The translations under genes and the position numbers were made by a program. Below the pieces are notes generated by a model. The model was not told the DNA's origin and searched no databases. It saw only the letters and a list, made by a program, of their open reading frames with translations. This document shows, one piece after another, positions 22,077 through 29,261 of a stretch of DNA of 32,000 nt. The stretch covers positions 19,696 to 51,695 of the forward strand of contig CANQIP010000010.1 in NCBI GenBank assembly GCA_947623955.1. Direction: 5' to 3'. The DNA is from an uncultured Clostridia bacterium. GTDB lineage: Bacteria > Bacillota > Clostridia > UBA1381. Positions within the stretch are counted from its first letter, which is position 1, and the number at the start of each line of letters is the position of its first letter.

Positions 22077-23552
22077 ATGCCAACAATCACGCCTGACGCA
22101 TATCCCGACGAGGCGTACAGCAAAATTGCCGCCGCGTATATACGTGTATCGACCGACGACCAGGTGGAATACAGTCCCGAATCACAAATAAAAGCAATCA
22201 GCGAGTACGCAAAGCGTAACGGCTACCTTCTGCCGCGCGAGTACATCTTCGTCGATGAAGGCATAAGCGGCAAGACAGCGGACAAACGTCCGTCGTTTAT
22301 GAAAATGATAGGCACTGCAAAAACCAAGCCAAAGCCGTTTGACGCTATTTTGTTATGGAAATTCAGCCGTTTCGCCCGTAACCGCGAGGACAGCATTGTT
22401 TATAAATCTATGCTGCGTAAACAGTTGGGTATTGAGGTCATTTCCATTTCCGAGAACCTCGGCGACGATAAAATGTCGATACTTTTCGAGGCTATGATAG
22501 AGGCTATGGACGAATACTACAGTATAAACCTTGCCGAAGAAGTAAAGCGCGGCATGACGGAAAAGGCAAAGCGCGGCGAGCCGTGCTCGATCCCGCCGTT
22601 CGGGTACAAAATGGTCGAACGCCGGCTTGTACCCGTCCCCGAAGAGGCTGATATAGTACGCCGCGTATTTAAGTGGTACGATGAGGGCGCGGGTATGCTG
22701 CGAATTGCGAAAAACCTAAACGCCGCAGGAGTGCGCACACATCGTGGAAATAAAATCGAAAACCGAACCGTTGAATACTGGCTGAACAATCCCACGTACA
22801 ACGGTAAAATTCGTTGGACTCCGACCGGCAGCACCGACCGCAACTATCATAACCCCGACAGCATGATTGTGCAAGGTGCGCATGAAAAAATTATAGACGA
22901 CGCGCTATGGGAAAGGGTGCAGGTACGAATGAAAGAGCAAAAGGAAAAATACCGCAAATGGTACACGCCGCGCAGCAGTATAAGCCACTGGCTCGTCGGA
23001 CTGGTGCATTGCGGCATATGCGGCGCGCCGGTTGTAAACTGCCGCGGTTATATGTATTGTAACGCCCGCGCTAAAGGAACTTGTACCGGCAACGGCGGCG
23101 TGAAGGTGACACAACTTGAAGAAAGCGTCTTAAAGCAGCTTGAGAACTTCGCCGACGGCAAGATTGATATTGTCAGCATTGCCGCCGCGAATGATGAACC
23201 GACAGACACGTCCGTATATGATGCGCAGCTCCGCCGTGCGCAAATACGTATGGCGCGTGTGAAAGAGGCTTACGAGAACGGCGTTGATACGCTCGAAGAG
23301 TATAAGGAAAATAAGGCGAAAATCCAAAACGAAATAAACAGTATAACAGCCGAAATGAAAAAGCAGCCCACCCGCACAAGCAAGCGTGAAAATGTCGATA
23401 ATCTCAAAAAGACCGTTAAAAACTCTTTGTCGGCTCTTAAAGATGAAAGCCTGTCGGCTGTTGAAAAGAACAAAATTGCCCGTGAATTTATATCGGATAT
23501 TATCAAAACCGGCGACGACGGCAAGACGTTTATCGTATCATACAGAATATAA
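22077..23552 (+). CDS. Large serine recombinase (integrase)
   Basis: AAAYIRVSTDDQ catalytic Ser motif, resolvase domain, recombinase domain, Cys cluster CGICGAP...CNARAKGTC and a C-terminal coiled coil. ATG 22077 lies 10 nt after AAGGAG. Confidence 0.9.
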   Translation: MPTITPDAYPDEAYSKIAAAYIRVSTDDQVEYSPESQIKAISEYAKRNGYLLPREYIFVDEGISGKTADKRPSFMKMIGTAKTKPKPFDAILLWKFSRFARNREDSIVYKSMLRKQLGIEVISISENLGDDKMSILFEAMIEAMDEYYSINLAEEVKRGMTEKAKRGEPCSIPPFGYKMVERRLVPVPEEADIVRRVFKWYDEGAGMLRIAKNLNAAGVRTHRGNKIENRTVEYWLNNPTYNGKIRWTPTGSTDRNYHNPDSMIVQGAHEKIIDDALWERVQVRMKEQKEKYRKWYTPRSSISHWLVGLVHCGICGAPVVNCRGYMYCNARAKGTCTGNGGVKVTQLEESVLKQLENFADGKIDIVSIAAANDEPTDTSVYDAQLRRAQIRMARVKEAYENGVDTLEEYKENKAKIQNEINSITAEMKKQPTRTSKRENVDNLKKTVKNSLSALKDESLSAVEKNKIAREFISDIIKTGDDGKTFIVSYRI

Positions 23553-23553
23553 A

Positions 23554-23600
23554 AATCGGTATCAATCCCGCATAAATCGGGTATTGATACCGATTTTATT
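23554..23600 (+). terminator. Terminator after the recombinase gene
   Basis: AATCGGTATCAATCCCG-CATAAAT-CGGGTATTGATACCGATT followed by TTAT. Confidence 0.75.
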
Positions 23601-23877
23601 ACTTTCCGTACAGAGGGCCGAACGGTGAACTCGCCGCGTCGGTAAGGTATCTATCACAGCGTTACACCATGCCCGACAAGGTAAGCAAGGGTCTTTTGAC
23701 GGACATAGGTACATCAATCGTCTAATGCTACGGTGGACAAGTATAATATAAAATTGGCTGAAACTGTAGTCGTAGAGCGGTTTAAGAAGTATGGCACACA
23801 AACGGAAGGCGACACACGGAAAATAAACAAAGGCGATGAAATTGAAGTCGGAATAAAGCTTTATACATAAAATATAG

Positions 23878-23907
23878 ACACTGTATCATTTTGGTACAGT
23901 GTTTTTC
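23878..23907 (+). terminator. Hairpin plus T-run just upstream of repA
   Basis: ACACTGTA-9 nt-TACAGTGT followed by TTTTT. It follows a short open frame ending at TAA 23868-23870. Confidence 0.5.
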
Positions 23908-23922
23908 ATTGGAGGGAATAAG

Positions 23923-24834
23923 ATGCAATTAGATTACTTCTATGGCAACGAAGCGGAGCAGTTTACGTTTTATCGTATTCCAAAGCTGCTCGTAACGTCG
24001 CCGCAGTTCAGACGCGTATCGGACAGCGCAAAGCTGCTGTACGGACTGATGCTCGACCGCATGAGCCTATCCGTTAAAAACGGTTGGTTTGATGAACAAA
24101 ATCGGGCGTACATATATTTCACGGTCAACGACATTATGGAGCAAATGCTATGCGGAACGGAAAAGGCGACAAAGCTCGTTGCGGAGCTTGATTGTGTCAA
24201 GGGAATTGGTCTTATCGAGCGCGTTAAGCAAGGTCAGGGCAAACCCGCGAAGGTTTATCTGAAAAAGTTTGTTGATACACAGCGGAATTCAAGGTTTTCG
24301 GAAACCGAAAGTCAAGACTTCGGGAAATCGAAAGTACAGACTTTCGGAAATCGAAAGTCAAGAGTTTCGGCAATCGAAAGTGCAGACTTTCGGCAACCGA
24401 AATGTAATGATAATAATATAAATAATACTGATTTGAACGAAATCAATCCTATCAATCATAGCAATACGAGATGGATTGACAGATACAACAAAACAATCGC
24501 TGAAATCAAGGAACAGATTGAATACGACAGCTTAATAGACGATAACGATACGGAGATAATCGACAACATCGTAAACGTCATGGCGGACGTTATGCTTTTG
24601 GACGAGCCGTACTATACGATTGAGAGCAAGAGCATACCCACCGAATTGGTGCGGATTCGTTATCGGCAGATTACATATAGCAATTTAGAGGCATTTTTGT
24701 TGGAGTTCAGGGAGGTGTATTACAAGATACACAATACAAAGGCGTATCTTACGACGGCGCTGTATAATGTGGCACTGACCGCGAGTACAGCGTTGACGAA
24801 CAGAGTTAATAACGATTTACGGGGAGGTGAATAA
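23923..24834 (+). CDS. RepA_N-family replication initiator
   Basis: MQLDYFYGNEAEQFTFYRIPKLLVTSPQFRRVSDSAKLLYGLMLDRMSLSVKNGWFDEQNRAYIYFT... matches the RepA_N pattern. RBS GGAGGG. Confidence 0.8.
   Translation: MQLDYFYGNEAEQFTFYRIPKLLVTSPQFRRVSDSAKLLYGLMLDRMSLSVKNGWFDEQNRAYIYFTVNDIMEQMLCGTEKATKLVAELDCVKGIGLIERVKQGQGKPAKVYLKKFVDTQRNSRFSETESQDFGKSKVQTFGNRKSRVSAIESADFRQPKCNDNNINNTDLNEINPINHSNTRWIDRYNKTIAEIKEQIEYDSLIDDNDTEIIDNIVNVMADVMLLDEPYYTIESKSIPTELVRIRYRQITYSNLEAFLLEFREVYYKIHNTKAYLTTALYNVALTASTALTNRVNNDLRGGE
24296..24405 (+). repeat. Five 22-24-bp iterons inside repA (candidate oriV)
   Basis: Units start at 24296, 24318, 24342, 24365 and 24388. Each is TTTCGG-N3-4-CGAAAGT(C/A/G)(A/C)AGA(C/G)-like and contains a TTTCGG..CCGAAA mini-palindrome. 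Confidence 0.7.
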
Positions 24835-24835
24835 A

Positions 24836-25654
24836 ATGAGCAAGGTAATAGCTGTTGCTAATCAAAAGGGCGGCGTTGGTAAAACGACTACTGCGGTTAA
24901 TCTTGGCATCGGACTTGCTAACGAAGGTAAGCGCGTACTGCTCGTGGACTGTGATCCACAGGCGGATTTGACGAAAAGCCTCGGTTATGAAAATCCCGAC
25001 GATATGGACGTTACGCTATCGACGGTGATGCAGAAGGTTATCAAGGAACAGCCGATAGAAAACGGCTTTGGCATCCTGCGCCACGCGGAAGGTGTTGATA
25101 TAATGCCCTCGAATATTGAGTTATCCGGCATGGAAACGGCGCTTGTCAATATTATGAGCCGCGAACGGGTATTGAAGGAGTATATCGGTCAGGTCAAGGA
25201 TAATTACGATTATATTCTGCTTGACTGCGCTCCGACGCTCGGTATGCTGACGATAAACGCGCTGACGGCGGCAAATGAGGTAATTATTCCCGTGCAGGCG
25301 CAATTTCTTCCGGCGAAAGGTTTGGAGCAGCTTATGAAAACGGTTGCGAAAGTGCGGCGGCAGATTAACCCGAATTTGAAAATTGGCGGCATACTGCTGA
25401 CTATGGTCGATAACCGTACCAATCTCGCGAGGAATGTTTCAAAGGTCATACGCGATACATACGGCAGAAATCTGAATATTTTTAAGACGGAAATTCCATC
25501 GTCAGTGCGCGCAGCCGAAACTTCAGCGGCAGGAAAAAGTATTTTTGCTTACGATAAGAGCGGCAAAGCGGCTGAAGCATACAAAAATTTGACAAAGGAG
25601 GTGATAAACAGTGGCAAGGCAAGGAGTAAACATCGGTCTGACATCATACGATGA
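24836..25654 (+). CDS. parA: ParA/Soj-family partition ATPase
   Basis: Deviant Walker A NQKGGVGKTTT. The ATG follows GGGGAGGTG. Confidence 0.9.
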   Translation: MSKVIAVANQKGGVGKTTTAVNLGIGLANEGKRVLLVDCDPQADLTKSLGYENPDDMDVTLSTVMQKVIKEQPIENGFGILRHAEGVDIMPSNIELSGMETALVNIMSRERVLKEYIGQVKDNYDYILLDCAPTLGMLTINALTAANEVIIPVQAQFLPAKGLEQLMKTVAKVRRQINPNLKIGGILLTMVDNRTNLARNVSKVIRDTYGRNLNIFKTEIPSSVRAAETSAAGKSIFAYDKSGKAAEAYKNLTKEVINSGKARSKHRSDIIR

Positions 25655-26531
25655 TATTTTCAAAGCGGACGATAGCCGAGATATGGACGAAATACGTTCC
25701 GTTCCGCTGTCGGAGCTAAAGCCGTTCGAGGAACAGCCGTTCAAGGTACTGCTCGACGAGAGCATGGACGAATTGGTTGACAGTATCAAGGAAAGCGGCG
25801 TACTATCCCCTATTATCGCACGACCGCATAAGGACGGCGGCTATGAGATATTATCGGGGCATAGGCGCGCAAAAGCTTGTGAACTTGCGGGGATTGAAAA
25901 TGTTCCCGTTATCGTGAAAAATCTTGACGACGATACGGCGACGATTTTGCTTGTGGACAGTAATCTGCAACGAGAGAATATATTGCCGAGCGAGAAAGCG
26001 TATGCGTATCGGCTGAAAATGGAGGCATTAAAACATCAGGGAAAACGAACTGATTTAACTTGTGACCAAATTGGTCACAAGTTAGAAAGTAAAAAAAGTA
26101 TTGATATTGTAGCTGATAATGCTCCTGACAGTCGTAACCAAATTCAGCGATATATTCGCCTAACGGAACTGATAGATCCGATAATGAATATGGTTGACGA
26201 GAAAAAATTACCGCTCAATGCTGCGGTGGAATTGTCGTATCTCGGTTCGCGGGAGCAGGCAGAGGTTGTCAAAGCGATAAACAGTGAGGAAACGCCGCCG
26301 TCTATCGAGCAGGCGAAAAAGCTGCGGCGGTTTTCCGAGAACGGACAGCTTAACGATAATGTCGTACTCTCTATCATGCAGGAGCAAAAGCCGGAGAAAA
26401 TCCGCGTCGTACTCAAAGAGGACAGCCTGCGGAAGTATTTCCCTAAAAGCTATACTCCGAAGCAGATGGAGGACACAATAAAGAAATTGCTTGAAAAATG
26501 GGCGCGCAGTCGAAGCGAACCTGAAAGATAA
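25611..26531 (+). CDS. parB: ParB/Spo0J-like nuclease-fold partition protein
   Basis: ParB N-terminal box ILSGHRRAKAC. GTG start after AAGGAGGTG, overlapping the parA end. Confidence 0.85.
   Translation: MARQGVNIGLTSYDDIFKADDSRDMDEIRSVPLSELKPFEEQPFKVLLDESMDELVDSIKESGVLSPIIARPHKDGGYEILSGHRRAKACELAGIENVPVIVKNLDDDTATILLVDSNLQRENILPSEKAYAYRLKMEALKHQGKRTDLTCDQIGHKLESKKSIDIVADNAPDSRNQIQRYIRLTELIDPIMNMVDEKKLPLNAAVELSYLGSREQAEVVKAINSEETPPSIEQAKKLRRFSENGQLNDNVVLSIMQEQKPEKIRVVLKEDSLRKYFPKSYTPKQMEDTIKKLLEKWARSRSEPER
26056..26084. promoter_or_regulatory. 29-bp perfect palindrome inside parB (candidate parS)
   Basis: TAACTTGTGACCAA-A-TTGGTCACAAGTTA, 14-bp perfect arms. Confidence 0.5.
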
Positions 26532-26533
26532 GA

Positions 26534-26571
26534 CCGATATTTCTTGATTCTAAGAGGTATCGGCTTTTTTT
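26534..26571 (+). terminator. Terminator after parB
   Basis: CCGATA...TATCGG followed by CTTTTTTT. Confidence 0.5.
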
Positions 26572-26584
26572 ATTGGAGGTTGTA

Positions 26585-26800
26585 ATGGAACAAAATCAGG
26601 GATATGTGATATTTCAATCCGAGCGTATCGGCAAAAAGCGCATTGTGGTGGGTTTTAACGAGAACGCGCCAAGTCCTTATGTGACGTGGAAGCATGACGA
26701 GGACAAGGGATATTATTGGGGGCATTACTTTGGGAATAAACGCCGCGCGATGAGAGACTTCCGAAAGCGTGTGCGCGACGAAAAAGGCGAAGAAAGGTAG
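26585..26800 (+). CDS. Small conserved-looking ICE protein (71 aa)
   Basis: ATG 5 nt after GGAGG: MEQNQGYVIFQSERIGKKRIVVGFNENAPSPYVTWKHDEDKGYYWGHYF... Confidence 0.55.
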   Translation: MEQNQGYVIFQSERIGKKRIVVGFNENAPSPYVTWKHDEDKGYYWGHYFGNKRRAMRDFRKRVRDEKGEER

Positions 26801-26802
26801 GA

Positions 26803-27018
26803 ATGGATATGGCATCGAGCAGAAGTCCCGATATAAACTATAACGCGAGCGGTTATCTCGATCTGACCGCGCGCGATGCAATAATAAAAGCTGACAGAAT
26901 GTTATCAAGGAAACGCAAAAAACAACTTGAAGATAAATTACATGAAATAGCGCACGAGAACGGATTTTTCATATCCGGTGAATTTACTTTGGTTGAGATA
27001 GAGGAAGGTGATGAATAG
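26803..27018 (+). CDS. Small hypothetical ICE protein (71 aa)
   Basis: ORF tightly packed after the previous gene. Confidence 0.5.
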   Translation: MDMASSRSPDINYNASGYLDLTARDAIIKADRMLSRKRKKQLEDKLHEIAHENGFFISGEFTLVEIEEGDE

Positions 27019-27194
27019 TGTATGATGATTGTTTTGCAAAAATTCAGATTAAGAAATGCAGAGTTTTAAAGCAAATGCTTTGCAAAAACGGCGAGTGTCC
27101 GTTCTATAAAACGAAGAAGCAGTATGAAGTCGAGCAGGAAAAATATCCGCACAGAGATAAAATAGCGGGCGGAGGTGACAAAAATGGAACGTGA
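27018..27194 (+). CDS. Small Cys-rich protein (58 aa, GTG start)
   Basis: Below the track cutoff. RBS GAGGAAGGTGA precedes it: (M)YDDCFAKIQIKKCRVLKQMLCKNGECPFYKTKKQYEVEQEKYPHRDKIAGGGDKNGT*. It has four Cys and overlaps both neighbours by a few nt. Confidence 0.4.
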   Translation: MYDDCFAKIQIKKCRVLKQMLCKNGECPFYKTKKQYEVEQEKYPHRDKIAGGGDKNGT

Positions 27195-27807
27195 CGAGAA
27201 GCGTATGGCGGGCGGTTATGAGATAACTCATGCCATTCATATCGGCAATACCGAGATTGTTATGGGCGAAAATCCCAAAGCTCCCGAAGATGAGCGGTAT
27301 ATGGTAGCCGATTACAAGGAAAAGGGAATACTTGCTCAGTATGTGAATTGCTGTGCAAGCGATGATTTTATCGAGCTTGCCGAAGTGTTTGCCGAGAGAT
27401 TGACGGAGCAGATACGACAAATCAAGAAACAGCGTGATAAAACATTATGCGGGAAAAAACCGATTGACCGAAACGAAGGCGCGCTGCTGCCTCTTGCAGA
27501 CGACATAAAGGGCAAGGTTATTGTAATAAATGCAGATTGTCTGAGACCTGAATATAGGTCGCCGATAAATCAGCTTTATCTTGCCAACAGCGGCAACGGC
27601 ACAAGTATGAACGCTCGCGGAACGGCGGTTTACTGTACCAACCTCTACGATAAAAGCGATACCCGCATGGAAAGGTATGATATTCTCGGTATAATCGAAC
27701 CGGAGAATTTACCCGAATGGGCTAAAAGGGGCTTGGACGAGATACAGACTAAGCGCGCGCAAGCCGAAAACAATAAGAAAAAGAAGAAATCGGAGGTTGA
27801 ACGGTAA
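27184..27807 (+). CDS. Conserved-looking ICE-associated hypothetical protein (207 aa)
   Basis: ATG 6 nt after GGAGGTG, with a Lys-rich C-terminus. Confidence 0.55.
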   Translation: MERDEKRMAGGYEITHAIHIGNTEIVMGENPKAPEDERYMVADYKEKGILAQYVNCCASDDFIELAEVFAERLTEQIRQIKKQRDKTLCGKKPIDRNEGALLPLADDIKGKVIVINADCLRPEYRSPINQLYLANSGNGTSMNARGTAVYCTNLYDKSDTRMERYDILGIIEPENLPEWAKRGLDEIQTKRAQAENNKKKKKSEVER

Positions 27808-27809
27808 TT

Positions 27810-28853
27810 ATGGATAAGGATATACGCTTTATTGACAGCAATTACAGAGATTTGTTCTATATCCCCGATGGCGGCGAGATAACCATACAGCACTCATATG
27901 ACGGAAAAACGACAAAGTATCAGTGCAAGTATATAGATGATACGCATTTTGAGTTGATGTCCGAAAATAATTCATACGGCAATGTTTATCATATATGCCA
28001 GTTTGCCGAAATTATGGAGCGTAACGGAGATGTCTATAAGCCTGTTATACACGGTGAATATAAGCTCGAAACGCCTGTGCCGGAGGAAACGGAGTTTGCC
28101 GCTTCACGACACGATGCGGGGAGTCTGTGTGCTTTTGCGGTCAATTTTATACATGGCAACAGAATGTCCATAGACGGTGCAAGAAAAAACGGCAGTTTTG
28201 ACACGGGCGAGTTTAACAAGGAATTTCTTGATGTTTTTAACTATTTCCGTGTCCAATCGGAAACGCCTATATTAAAAAATCCTGCCGCCATAGACGAAGT
28301 GTGCGATACGGTTGATTCTATCATAAAAGACAGCCACGACAGCAAGACTAATATTTTTAAGGTTCAGACCGAAAAACATACGTACTATTTATCTTGTTTG
28401 AGAGCCGGTCATAATTTTAGTGAGCATTATGTCCATATATATTGCTACGATACCGCGGAACTCAATCGTTACAAGGATGTGAAATTTGTTGAACAGACCT
28501 ATGGCAATATTGAAGCTGATAAGTTTTTCCGCATAGACGGCGGATTTATCGAGGAATACTACAATCCCGACGCGACGGCGGGCGGTCAGCTTGTATATGT
28601 GAATATTTCGGATGATGTTATCAAAGAAGCGGCAGAATCAAAGGAGAATATGAAGGACGTAAACTTATTCTTTTCACATCTTGCGGCATACGGGCGGGAA
28701 ACTCTGCTTGATGCCGGGGATATGGGTTTTCGCGGCGAAGTTGATGATTTTATGAATACCAAAGCTGATTTTGAGGGTTGCACCAAAAAGAGCATGAACG
28801 GCATATTAAAGGCGGCGGGCGTTAAAATCAAGGATAAGGACATAGAGAGGTAG
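27810..28853 (+). CDS. ICE-associated hypothetical protein (347 aa)
   Basis: Long ORF, tightly spaced in the same operon. Confidence 0.55.
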   Translation: MDKDIRFIDSNYRDLFYIPDGGEITIQHSYDGKTTKYQCKYIDDTHFELMSENNSYGNVYHICQFAEIMERNGDVYKPVIHGEYKLETPVPEETEFAASRHDAGSLCAFAVNFIHGNRMSIDGARKNGSFDTGEFNKEFLDVFNYFRVQSETPILKNPAAIDEVCDTVDSIIKDSHDSKTNIFKVQTEKHTYYLSCLRAGHNFSEHYVHIYCYDTAELNRYKDVKFVEQTYGNIEADKFFRIDGGFIEEYYNPDATAGGQLVYVNISDDVIKEAAESKENMKDVNLFFSHLAAYGRETLLDAGDMGFRGEVDDFMNTKADFEGCTKKSMNGILKAAGVKIKDKDIER

Positions 28854-28860
28854 ACAGGAT

Positions 28861-29256
28861 ATGATAACGGCTAATATAAATTTCTTATCGCAAAGCGCGG
28901 ATATTGATTTATCCGAGCCGCCTGCGGAGGTTCAGAAGCAATTGCAGCATATCGGTGTTCTGACCGTTCCGAGCCTCATTATGCTCGATAACGCCCGAAC
29001 GGTAAAGATAAATCTGACCGCCGATGATATGACAGGCGAAAATATATTGAAAATTATCGACCGTAATAAAGACACTTTAGGCGCGGTAAACAAGCTATGC
29101 GGATATGTACGGCGCATGGATTACCGCGATGACGCGGCGTTCAGCGAGAAACTCGAAAACGGCGAATATTCAACACTCGATGAAGCATTAAAGGCTGCGG
29201 AAAAATTAAAGGAACAGCGCAGGATAAAAAATAAGCGTCAGGATATGGGGAGGTGA
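28861..29256 (+). CDS. ICE-associated hypothetical protein (131 aa)
   Basis: ORF in the same operon, immediately upstream of the giant ORF. Confidence 0.5.
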   Translation: MITANINFLSQSADIDLSEPPAEVQKQLQHIGVLTVPSLIMLDNARTVKINLTADDMTGENILKIIDRNKDTLGAVNKLCGYVRRMDYRDDAAFSEKLENGEYSTLDEALKAAEKLKEQRRIKNKRQDMGR

Positions 29257-29261
29257 CGACA

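Noticed and set aside
23562-23801. Minus-strand ORF of 79 aa after the recombinase gene
   Set aside because: It has no RBS and overlaps the terminator hairpin. Its composition is implausible.
24296-24405. Direct repeats considered as a CRISPR-like array
   Set aside because: The 22-24-bp units are contiguous with no spacers and lie inside the repA ORF, so they are iterons.
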